Positions 1 through 8,555 of a stretch of 64,000 bases of DNA are shown here, piece by piece. This DNA is from an uncultured candidate division Zixibacteria bacterium (GTDB lineage: Bacteria; Zixibacteria; MSB-5A5; GN15; FEB-12), in contig CAVTJJ010000004.1 of the NCBI GenBank assembly GCA_963735035.1, positions 128,001 to 192,000 of the forward strand, written 5' to 3'. The translations under genes were made by a program, and so were the position numbers. Numbering within the stretch: the stretch's first letter is position 1; every line of letters starts with the position of its first letter. Under the pieces are notes generated by a model. The model was not told where the DNA came from and searched no databases. It saw nothing but the letters and a program-made list of their open reading frames with translations.

Positions 1-1594
1 GGAGATCGTCGAAAACAACCCTGAAGAAATAGACCCCGGACGGGACACCCTTCGCATCCCAGACCAGGTTCATTTCACCCGGCCCGGCCTTACCGTCGTA
101 TACCACACCCACCGCTTGCCCCAATAAGTTGAACACCTCAACCCGCAGGTGTCCCTTGTGATCTACGCTAATCGGTATGGTCACAGTCGGGTTGAAGGGA
201 TTCGGGTAGGGTTGGCCAAGAGTGAAGGTTTCCGGCAGCACCGCCGGAGCGTTGATTTCAACATCGGTTGCGTCATCTATTCCGAAAATCCGGAGTTTTG
301 TTCCATCGGCTACAACCAGGTAGTCAGGGCCCATAGACGAGGGATCTCCGTCGCCGAATGGGCGCAGCCAATACATGGGGGCCAAGGGAAGGGATGTATA
401 TGAATCAATCAAATGTCCATCAAGACCGCTGAGATCAGAAAACGTTTGCTGGTTGACCGTAAAGAAATGTCCCGGGAACCGTGGGTGATAGTAGCAGCGA
501 TAATCGTTCGAAAGCAGGTCGCTTCGCCAGACCTCTGCAAGCGAGTCCGGATTTACAAATCGGTACATGATCAAGCTGTTGCCGGACTCGTCGTAGATTA
601 ACGTGTCCTTCCAATTGGGAAGGGAATCGCGACACACCTGGCGGCGGTAACTGGTAGCCAGAACCTCGGTTTCCGGAGTCGCTGAAATCATATCACCTGC
701 ACACTGGTAGTTCAGCAAATTAATGACGTACGTGGATTTTGTGCCGTGACACATCAGCGGCATCGTGTCCGTTTCTTGTTGAAGAGTGGACCCGTATGTA
801 TCGAGCAGTTCCATGCTACCGCTAAACGACCGAATATCGCCGCTCGGGTAATACGTTTCAGCTGACGATTTGACAGAGGCAATGAGCCTGCTGCCGATTC
901 GCTGTAGTGGAGTGCCTAGATATCTGGACACCTGGAACGGCCAGACGTCATAGCGCACACTCGGGAAGGAGTAATAGATAAAAGTACGACCCTTCGCGTC
1001 ATAAAGGTGGAATGGAATGGGCGGCAACGAATCCAAGCCCACGAATACCTCGTCGTAACCGTCCGCATTCAAATCCAACGCCGTCAAAGCGCCGTCGTAG
1101 GCAGATTGCGAAGGCCCATATTGTCCCGCGTAGGCGACTACTGAGACATGCCGAGCCGGGCTGACAATGTTGTCGATAAACAACATGTAGTATTGCATTG
1201 ACTGCGCGCTGCAGTTGCGGTCAGGTGTAGCCAACAACAACATCGCGTCAGCCGCGCCATCTCGGTTAACGTCGCCAAGCCAAATCCCTATCGGATCGGG
1301 GTAACAACCGGACTGCAACCCCACGGCGGCCTGCATGACCGAATCATAGTCGATTCGGAAGAGCAATGTATCGCCGTTGGGCGAGTAGAGTGAAAGATAC
1401 GGGGAGCTCGCTGCCAGAAACTCCGGGATGCCGTCGCCGTCGACATCTTTGAATGCGATCTGCTTGATAGGATTGCCGGCGCCAGTCACTGTTATTGTCT
1501 TGACTTCCACCAATTCCAGAGCGTTGAGACTCGCAGCCGCCACGAAGAGTGAAGCCGTTTGCAGCAGAACGTTTATGATTCTCCGCATTCTCAT
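1..1594 (-). CDS. Secreted FG-GAP/VCBS-like repeat protein with T9SS-type-A/FlgD-like CTD; 3' end runs off the window
   Basis: Absent from the ORF track, probably because no stop codon lies in the window. Manual reading: GGAG RBS, ATG at 1594, signal peptide MRMRRIINVLLQTASLFVAAASLNA, DVDGDG and GDVNRDG motifs. LPETFTLGQPYPNPFNPTVTIPI...SGVYFFRV near 20-240 is in the same frame. Paralog of 1721..3301. Confidence 0.85.
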   Translation of the reverse strand, partial: MRMRRIINVLLQTASLFVAAASLNALELVEVKTITVTGAGNPIKQIAFKDVDGDGIPEFLAASSPYLSLYSPNGDTLLFRIDYDSVMQAAVGLQSGCYPDPIGIWLGDVNRDGAADAMLLLATPDRNCSAQSMQYYMLFIDNIVSPARHVSVVAYAGQYGPSQSAYDGALTALDLNADGYDEVFVGLDSLPPIPFHLYDAKGRTFIYYSFPSVRYDVWPFQVSRYLGTPLQRIGSRLIASVKSSAETYYPSGDIRSFSGSMELLDTYGSTLQQETDTMPLMCHGTKSTYVINLLNYQCAGDMISATPETEVLATSYRRQVCRDSLPNWKDTLIYDESGNSLIMYRFVNPDSLAEVWRSDLLSNDYRCYYHPRFPGHFFTVNQQTFSDLSGLDGHLIDSYTSLPLAPMYWLRPFGDGDPSSMGPDYLVVADGTKLRIFGIDDATDVEINAPAVLPETFTLGQPYPNPFNPTVTIPISVDHKGHLRVEVFNLLGQAVGVVYDGKAGPGEMNLVWDAKGVPSGVYFFRVVFDDL

Positions 1595-1720
1595 AAAGAT
1601 CTCCGTATGCTTTGACGACATGTTCTGTTAGAATATAGTTGATGCATCCTGTATGTCAATGACGATTGAGACCTGCATTCAGCCAGTTAGTCGCAAAGTT
1701 ACTTTCGTCTCGAGCACTCA

Positions 1721-3301
1721 CTACTTAACCAACACCGCTTTGGTGGTTTTCGTCTCTTCGCCCAATGTCGCTTTGATCAGATAAACCCCAGATCCGAATT
1801 CGCTCGCATCCCAGGACAACACGAGTTCACCCGGTGCGGAAATCGCATCATGCAATGTCGCCACGCGCTGGCCGAGCGGGTTGAACACCTCTACCCGCAG
1901 GTGTCCCTTGCGATGCAATGTCACTGGTATGGTCACGGTCGGGTTGAACGGGTTCGGATATGGCTGGCCGAGAGTGAACTGATCGGGCAGCACAAGTCCA
2001 GGATCGTCTTGGATCCCCGTGGGTATCCGGGATAGGGCATAGAAACTCAAAGTGCGCCCGTTACAGAAAGCGGCCACGTAAGGGAGATCGACCTGAAGCT
2101 GAACATATCCGACCCAGGCGCCGGTGATTGGTTCCTTCGGCTCATCTATGACTTGCAGAGTAGCCGCGTCTCGCAGCCTGATTTTGCCGTTATCGAGCGA
2201 TAGGATAGCGTCGGCAAAACGGGAGTCAACAAACACTTGGTCGATAGACGTATCGCATGGCATCTCTTCGCTGATCGTCACCCAGTTGACCGGATCGAGG
2301 AGATTGAACAGCACCAGTTGACCTTCATGAGCCGAGCACCAGGAGGAGGGACCGGCCACGGAGAAAGAGTAGGCCGCGTACATGACCATTTCGAGGCCGG
2401 GCGTTTCGGGCAGAATGTCGCCGGCGGCGATGCTCAGGAGGTTCGCCCCGTACTCGTAGTCATTGTACATCCAGCCATCATTGTCGCACCTGACCAGCGA
2501 CTCGAATCCCCGGCCATTCAGAGTTCCGTCGGCGCCTTCAACGTGTACCGTGAAACTGGAATACCGTCTACTGCCGCTGCCGTGATGGGAAGGATCATAG
2601 AATCTGCCCGAGGTGACTGATATGGTGCTGATCCCGCCTTCGCTGTTCGCGGAAGTGTAGAACGGTGAGAGATCCTGTGGCAATTGAGCGGGTAGGGAGA
2701 TGGCGGCCGACGCAATGTCATAGCACACGGGTGAATAGTAGTAGGTTCTATACGGTTCCGTCTGCCAGGGGTCCTCCCAGTACTCTTCAACGTAGTAGTA
2801 GCGTGCATACAACTCACGTTGTCCGTCCCGGTCGGCGTCGGCAAAGTAGAGGCGGTCCATGGAGTATGCGCGGCTGGAGTCAAGTCCCGGCACGGAGTAT
2901 ACCGTGTCCGGAGCCAGATAAGCGTCCGCGCCGTAGTGAACAATCAGTGCAAAGGTGTCGTTGGCTTCCCCCGGAATAAGCACCGCCTCGGCGACGTCCA
3001 GGCGGTCGTCGCCGTCGACGTACTCCGCCCTGTAGAGCCGGGTAAGACCATCAGTGGCATACCTGAAGAAATCAAGAACACGCTTTTCTTTGAGAGAGTA
3101 GGTTACTATAGGATTGGCGTTCAAAATGAGCAGCTCGGAATATCCATCCCCGTTAACATCGCGTATTTCTATCCCACCGGCGATGTTAACGCTGTCCGGT
3201 ACTGCAACCTCTAACCCTAATTCCGGGTGGATTTCTGCGAAGGCCGGTGCTACAAGCACCAGAAGAAGCATACTTAATGACAACCTAAGAACACGAGTCA
3301 C
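1721..3301 (-). CDS. Secreted FG-GAP-like repeat protein with T9SS-type-A/FlgD-like CTD
   Basis: Signal peptide, DVNGDG/DGDD/DADRDG Ca-binding motifs, C-terminal QPYPNPFNP...SGVYLIK...KAVLVK. GGAGG spacing favours GTG 3301 over TTG 3307. Confidence 0.85.
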   Translation of the reverse strand: MTRVLRLSLSMLLLVLVAPAFAEIHPELGLEVAVPDSVNIAGGIEIRDVNGDGYSELLILNANPIVTYSLKEKRVLDFFRYATDGLTRLYRAEYVDGDDRLDVAEAVLIPGEANDTFALIVHYGADAYLAPDTVYSVPGLDSSRAYSMDRLYFADADRDGQRELYARYYYVEEYWEDPWQTEPYRTYYYSPVCYDIASAAISLPAQLPQDLSPFYTSANSEGGISTISVTSGRFYDPSHHGSGSRRYSSFTVHVEGADGTLNGRGFESLVRCDNDGWMYNDYEYGANLLSIAAGDILPETPGLEMVMYAAYSFSVAGPSSWCSAHEGQLVLFNLLDPVNWVTISEEMPCDTSIDQVFVDSRFADAILSLDNGKIRLRDAATLQVIDEPKEPITGAWVGYVQLQVDLPYVAAFCNGRTLSFYALSRIPTGIQDDPGLVLPDQFTLGQPYPNPFNPTVTIPVTLHRKGHLRVEVFNPLGQRVATLHDAISAPGELVLSWDASEFGSGVYLIKATLGEETKTTKAVLVK

Positions 3302-3377
3302 GGTCAACCTCCCTTGGACTCTATTGTATCAAGATAAGTAAATTGACAATTCTGTCAACGCAAAAGAGGGCGACAAA

Positions 3378-3405
3378 CCGGCAGATGTGGGCATCTGCCG
3401 GGCAC
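3378..3405. repeat. REP-like palindrome family A (CCGGCAGATG-TGGG-CATCTGCCGG-GCAC)
   Basis: 10-bp perfect stem; further copies at 4095, 56277, 57639 and 59604. Confidence 0.85.
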
Positions 3406-3497
3406 TCTATATGTGGGTCCCATACGGATGCTGTGCGCGGCACACGTCCTCGTGTGCCCGCGTTGGGGCAGACCAGGAGGTCTGCCGCTCACTGAAT

Positions 3498-3956
3498 CTA
3501 CCACTTGTATCGCAATTTCGGGCCGGTGTGAACAAACCCCTCACGAAGATAGAAATCGACCGTCCGCTGCCATTTCGTTCCGAGCGGTGCTGTCACGTCG
3601 ATCCGTCTCCAGCTATGCGCATTACCGAATTCCTTCACCCGCTCCAACAGCATGCGGCCAACCTGCCTACTTCGATACTCTGGCGTGACATATAGCTCAT
3701 CGATTACGCCGTAACTTCCGCCTGCATAGATCGCGAATGTCTCCGTGAGGGTGATGATGCCTACCGCGTTGTCGTCGTCGGTCTTTGCGATGAATGCGGT
3801 GAAGTGATCGGAGTTCCTATGCCAGTCGGCAAGTATCTTTGATCGGTCTAGTCCGTGGAACTCGTCGTCGTCATCGCTTAGCTCAGACAACAGCAGGCTG
3901 ACCAGATCTAAGACCCGGTCAGCCTGCGTGATATCTACTTGTTCGATTTGGATCAT
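3498..3956 (-). CDS. GNAT family N-acetyltransferase
   Basis: Acetyl-CoA motif A (IDELYVTPEYRSRQVGRMLL) and FYLREGF; probable start MIQIEQ at 3956. Confidence 0.85.
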   Translation of the reverse strand: MIQIEQVDITQADRVLDLVSLLLSELSDDDDEFHGLDRSKILADWHRNSDHFTAFIAKTDDDNAVGIITLTETFAIYAGGSYGVIDELYVTPEYRSRQVGRMLLERVKEFGNAHSWRRIDVTAPLGTKWQRTVDFYLREGFVHTGPKLRYKW

Positions 3957-4013
3957 GCCCGTAATTCCAACGCCATTCTTGCGGTATGGACTATTGAAGA
4001 TGTCTGTCAATTT

Positions 4014-4173
4014 GTCATTGCGAGCGGAGATGGCCCGACGCAAGTCGGGTCATCGTAGCGTGGCAATCTCATAATTCAGCAGCATCAATACGAGCCGGCA
4101 GATGTGGACATCTGCCGGGCACTCGACAATCATCGAGATCGCCACGGCCAGCCGCAGCGGGCCTCGCGATGAC
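4014..4173. repeat. Composite palindromic element GTCATTGCGAG...GCAATCTC...GAGATCGCCAC...CTCGCGATGAC with a family A repeat (4095-4122) nested inside
   Basis: Inverted partial copy at 56277-56383; related copy at 62295-62421. Confidence 0.8.
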
Positions 4174-4185
4174 TGGTCTGCGAAC

Positions 4186-5118
4186 TCACGTTCGGCTCAT
4201 CAACAGAAACTTGACTACAGTCTGAATAAAGGTCGCATCATCGGTCGGCAAAGGTGCGCTCTCGATTTTGCCACCCCCGCCTTGTTGCATGAATGCAGTC
4301 ATTGCCGGGTCCGCGAGATTGTCGTTCGAATCGAGGATCAAGATATGTCCCAACGGCGGTCTCAGAGTCTCGATGCTTCGATACTGCGGTGCATATCCGG
4401 AACGCAATTCATACCAGAACTTGAAAAGGGTGTGGGGGAACGGGATCCAGAACATCCCATGTTCTTTCATCAAGACACTCAGCCAGCGATCACTCGTGAT
4501 ATACGGCTGCACCGCCACCACGGCGTCGAAGTGTTCTTCTTCCGCCGACACCAGCAGAACTGCGTCGGCGCCGGTCTGCCGCCCCACCGCCACCAGCGGC
4601 CGGCGAAGGCGGTCGCGAATCCGAAGATACGCGAGAACTTCGTTCAGATCGCCGCCCTCATATTCTCCGTCGCTCCGATAAGCCGCGGTAGAAATTCCGC
4701 TCGCCCGCTGGTCATACAGACAGACCGCCCAGCCGGAGTCGAGCAACGCCTTCGCGAGAGGGATCATCGAAGTTCGGTCAGCGCCGTCCGCATGTAGCAG
4801 TATCGCCGTGCCTCGAGGAGTCGCCGTCTGACCGAGGGTGTCCGAGGTCGGTTGCGGCGCCAAATAGATGCAGGCCAGATCGGTCAGGCCGTCGGCGTCC
4901 ACTCGAAAGGTGTCGATTGCGGCGCCCAGGGGAAGGAACGCGGACACATCGTTGGGCCGGGTGGAATCGGCTTGATAGGTGCTCATATCCGGGCGGCCGA
5001 GGTAGGCTTTCGTGCGGGTGAGGGGGTAGGTTACGAAGACGAGAATCAACCCGACCACGACTATTACGAAGACGACCACCTGGATTATTTCTTTGACATT
5101 TTGCGACATCTTGGCCAT
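4186..5118 (-). CDS. Membrane-anchored alpha/beta hydrolase-fold protein
   Basis: N-terminal TM helix; ILLHADG and YDQRASGIS (matching the usual HG and D.RG.G.S motifs); nucleophile elbow reads GRQTGA rather than GxSxG. Confidence 0.7.
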   Translation of the reverse strand: MAKMSQNVKEIIQVVVFVIVVVGLILVFVTYPLTRTKAYLGRPDMSTYQADSTRPNDVSAFLPLGAAIDTFRVDADGLTDLACIYLAPQPTSDTLGQTATPRGTAILLHADGADRTSMIPLAKALLDSGWAVCLYDQRASGISTAAYRSDGEYEGGDLNEVLAYLRIRDRLRRPLVAVGRQTGADAVLLVSAEEEHFDAVVAVQPYITSDRWLSVLMKEHGMFWIPFPHTLFKFWYELRSGYAPQYRSIETLRPPLGHILILDSNDNLADPAMTAFMQQGGGGKIESAPLPTDDATFIQTVVKFLLMSRT

Positions 5119-5207
5119 GCATCTAACTCCTGATAGATTAGAAAGTTATGATAGAGGATCGCGACCGAGAGTCAAGTGTAAACTGTGCCACCTGTGTGGC
5201 GGAACTC

Positions 5208-5236
5208 TTGACAGCAGGTGCCACAGGGACTATAAT
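5208..5236 (+). promoter_or_regulatory. Consensus sigma70 promoter
   Basis: TTGACA-17 nt-TATAAT, 30 nt upstream of ATG 5267. Confidence 0.8.
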
Positions 5237-5266
5237 ACCTAAGTACACAAAAATAGGAGACAGGGT

Positions 5267-6406
5267 ATGTCACGCAATTGGCTGTGCATTCTGGCATTAC
5301 TGGTGTCGGTTTCACTGTGGTCCTGTAGCGACGACGACAAGCAGATCGTCAATTCCCACACCGCTTATATTCTCGGGGACCTGGTCAACTTCGATTCCAG
5401 CCAACCAATAATGACCGCAAGGTATTCTGCCCCGTATTACGACCAGAGTGAACTATATATTCCCAACGATCTATCGATCGGTGAACCGTTTCTCGATATT
5501 GACGGTGACGGGGTCTATACTCCCGGCGTCGATTACTTTCATTACTGGGGACCGGAGCCAGAGACAGAGACCCTGTATTTTGCCTGTGATTCGATCATTG
5601 ATACTGCCTGTGTCCACCCCAGGCTAGTAAGTCAGGCCAATCCTGGCTGGGAACGCATGTTGATCGTTACTCTGGGGAATCAGGATATAAATCTCAATGG
5701 CGTGTACGATGGCCCCAACGCCATTTGGACACCGGGCGTGCCCTATGAAGATCTGGACGGGGACGGGCTTTACGATCGTTATTTCACCGGATACCAACCA
5801 GGACTACCGTTCGCAGACTTGAATGGCAACGGTGTCTTCGATCAGACGATGAAGACTCATTACGGGGTAGGCAAATATCGAGTTGAGAACTACGGACCGG
5901 ACTATCAGTATTCTCGTATTAGCCTTACTTCCGCCGACAGTGAGACCGTGTATCGATTTGTTTCCGATAGTGGTGTCGCATACGATTTTGATGGTTGGTA
6001 TCGTGGGCCAGAGGCCTCGGGCTTAAAGTTCAATTTGGACGGCGCTGGTCTCTGGTTTTCTATGTATAGCTATAGTCCTCTGCTCTTATTGGAACACGGT
6101 GAGGTCAAAGAGCATCGTGAGCGGTCGGTCCGGATCACGGACCAACTGAGCGAAATCCGCTCGATCACCTTCAACGAGCGTCTGATAATCAGCCCGCGGG
6201 AATACACCAACCTGGTGGTCGTGGACATTCCGAGATTGTACGAGACGGCTGACACGACTCAGAAGATTGATATGCAGGCGCGCTTCTACTTTTCCCCCAA
6301 CCAGTTGCACCTTCTGGCCATGCGTCTGGTACCACCGGGCGAAGATTCGATCTGGATATACCTGAACCGTCGAATCGACACCCTGCCGTTGCCCATGATT
6401 CGTTGA
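5267..6406 (+). CDS. Lipoprotein with repeated DxDGDG/DxNGNG Ca-binding loops
   Basis: Lipobox-like SLWSC; EPFLDIDGDGVY, DINLNGVYD, PYEDLDGDGLYD, PFADLNGNGVFD; AGGAG RBS. Confidence 0.75.
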   Translation: MSRNWLCILALLVSVSLWSCSDDDKQIVNSHTAYILGDLVNFDSSQPIMTARYSAPYYDQSELYIPNDLSIGEPFLDIDGDGVYTPGVDYFHYWGPEPETETLYFACDSIIDTACVHPRLVSQANPGWERMLIVTLGNQDINLNGVYDGPNAIWTPGVPYEDLDGDGLYDRYFTGYQPGLPFADLNGNGVFDQTMKTHYGVGKYRVENYGPDYQYSRISLTSADSETVYRFVSDSGVAYDFDGWYRGPEASGLKFNLDGAGLWFSMYSYSPLLLLEHGEVKEHRERSVRITDQLSEIRSITFNERLIISPREYTNLVVVDIPRLYETADTTQKIDMQARFYFSPNQLHLLAMRLVPPGEDSIWIYLNRRIDTLPLPMIR

Positions 6407-6715
6407 CTTGTCGGGAGCACGCCGCGATTTCACGTGCTCCCGGCCGTGCTCCCGCCCGTGGGCGGGCCAATAGCTCATTTCGGCAACACAGACTTTTCCG
6501 CCCCACATTGTCCGTTGAAATAGGAGCCTGATTTGAGCTCCCAAATGACCACTATGAACAGGACTCAAATGATGATAATTGTCTTGGCCCGCGCGGCTTT
6601 TCCCGTTCAGCAGGCATGGGTGAAGGCTCGACCTTCGGATCGAGTACATTATGCTTCATTCATAGCCGTTCTATCCTCTCAAACAAAATAAATTGGGAAT
6701 TTCCGTATTTCCCTC

Positions 6716-6744
6716 TTGACAGTTATGGAAACTCCAGGTATATT
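6716..6744 (+). promoter_or_regulatory. Putative sigma70 promoter for the 7101 gene
   Basis: TTGACA-17 nt-TATATT. Confidence 0.6.
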
Positions 6745-7100
6745 CGACCCGGATGATAGGTGACAGTTCCACGTTAATAAGTTGATGGTTGCGAGAATCC
6801 GCACCAGATTGTACCAACGACTTTCCGATCCGATACACAAAACTAGAGAGTGCTGTGTACTCCGTCTCTCGTCGTGGCTGTGGGGGCCACAAGAGAGTTA
6901 CTGACAGGTTACTTCATTAGCGCTATTGGTAAAGAGTTTAGAAAAACTGTTGAGGAAGCCACGGGATATTGCTTTGGGCCGAATGGCCGACAATATCCTA
7001 TAGCGTCCTGTTGCTAAACTTTTGCCAGATAGCTGCTGTGAGCGGACCAATAGTGGTCTTGAGCGCCGAAGGCAGCCCAGTTCAAGGAGGTACCTTGGTA

Positions 7101-8198
7101 ATGCGGTTTTGTTCTGTCAGCAGACGAGCCCTGCTCGCAATCTCAATCCTTGTGTCAGTTCTACTCCTCGGTCTCGCATCAGAATCACAAGCTGTTGATC
7201 GCCTTAGAGTAACGGTCGGCGATACTACCGGGTACCCCGGCCAGGAAAACTCCGTCATAACGGTGTTTCTTACCAACACCTCGGATGCGATTAGAGCCTT
7301 TACGGTTCATCTGATCTTGAATCGTAACGACGTCGCAAATTTCCAAACCAATCTTGATACCGCCCTCGATACTACCTTCTGGCGCTGTGTAGGCTATGAT
7401 GGCCTCGGCAAATGCAACGACTCTGAAGCGGTTGACTCCCCGTACATCTATCCCTGGGATATGATGCACGTTGATTCCACCCCGGTCAACGTCGGCAGCC
7501 TGGATACCGTCGGGACGCTTATTTCCGGATGGGAATCGGTCGAGTCGAGGTCGGTGTACACCGGAGGCCTTGGGCTGGATATAAAGGTGACGGCCTACGC
7601 CTACCAGAATGGTTATCATCCGCCTCTCTATCCGCAGCAGGGCGGCGTTCTGTTCCGCCTCCGGGCGGATATTTTCCCGATCCCACCTGAGATGATAGAT
7701 CGGTCGGTGGGGATCCTGGTCGATGTCGGCAATAAGCCTTACTTCGGCTTTTCCACTCCCGCCGGCGTATCGATCGGCTGGATTCAGGTACCCAAACCAG
7801 ACACCAGCTACTATATGTGCACTGCTCCCGTTCCGCCACCCGGCAGCGGCTGCTACACCTGGACTAAGAAACACTCCTGGGAATGTCCCACCGGCGGATG
7901 TGATTCCGTGGGGATTGACACGATCTATGTGGCCACGCTCGATACCGCCAACGTGAAGATATACGATGGTCAGCTTCAGGTCCTGGACTTCATGTGCGGT
8001 GACTGCAACAACAGCGCCTCAGTTACCATTGGTGACATATCCGTATTGATCGATCATCTCTTTATAACCGGCGTGGCGCTCGATCCGATCGCACCCTGTG
8101 ATGCGAATTGCAGTGGTGACATTACCATCGGCGACGTGATGGCGTTGATTGACCGGCTGTTCGTTAGCGGTTCCCCATTGTGCTGTGAAGCCAGGTGA
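7101..8198 (+). CDS. Secreted cohesin-like protein with a C-terminal Cys-flanked dockerin-like domain (gene A)
   Basis: AAGGAGG RBS at 7084; signal peptide; cohesin-like start LRVTVGDTTGYPGQENSVITVFLTN; duplicated EF-hand-like GDCNNSASVTIGDISVLIDHLF / CDANCSGDITIGDVMALIDRLF. Confidence 0.75.
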   Translation: MRFCSVSRRALLAISILVSVLLLGLASESQAVDRLRVTVGDTTGYPGQENSVITVFLTNTSDAIRAFTVHLILNRNDVANFQTNLDTALDTTFWRCVGYDGLGKCNDSEAVDSPYIYPWDMMHVDSTPVNVGSLDTVGTLISGWESVESRSVYTGGLGLDIKVTAYAYQNGYHPPLYPQQGGVLFRLRADIFPIPPEMIDRSVGILVDVGNKPYFGFSTPAGVSIGWIQVPKPDTSYYMCTAPVPPPGSGCYTWTKKHSWECPTGGCDSVGIDTIYVATLDTANVKIYDGQLQVLDFMCGDCNNSASVTIGDISVLIDHLFITGVALDPIAPCDANCSGDITIGDVMALIDRLFVSGSPLCCEAR

Positions 8199-8352
8199 TG
8201 GAACCATGAACCTGATTAGTCTTATCGTGACACTGACTTAATTCCAGACTAACAGGATTCTTAGATAGTTATGACAAGCTTTGGAAAGAATGACAACGGG
8301 CCTTGGGCAGGCCTGGAGTCAGTGAATAGAAAGAAAAAAGAAAGACGGAAAG

Positions 8353-8555
8353 GAAAGGAGGACATCCGAGAGAGGAATTTGCACGCGCTCTTAATCGTTT
8401 AGCTGTCGCTCTTGTTCTGCGACTCCGGTAAACGTGGCCGTCTGGCTCTCAGGTTACGCAGGCCGAGTCGAGGATCCCGAGGGGGGATAGAGAGAGGCTA
8501 GTTAGACATGATGTTAATGAATGTTAATGAATGCGATTCTTTTAGGAGAGCAAAA
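8353..8555 (+). promoter_or_regulatory. Conserved putative structured 5' leader, copy 1
   Basis: Aligns block by block with 38787-38991; conserved GTCTGGCT/AGTTAGAC stem. Confidence 0.6.

Noticed and set aside
6969..7100. Upstream extensions of ORF-track starts (6969, 8508, 38887, 56490, 61626, 62903, 4043)
   Set aside because: Downstream starts have a better RBS and/or begin at the signal peptide or domain; the extensions run through leaders or repeats.
8373..8452. Leader peptide or relic signal peptide in the B/H leaders (reads like LAVALVL / LAFALV)
   Set aside because: The only candidate start (TTG) is far from the orphan SD and gives a 7-codon ORF ending in TAG in both copies, and the LAxALV segment lies in another frame; treated as non-coding.
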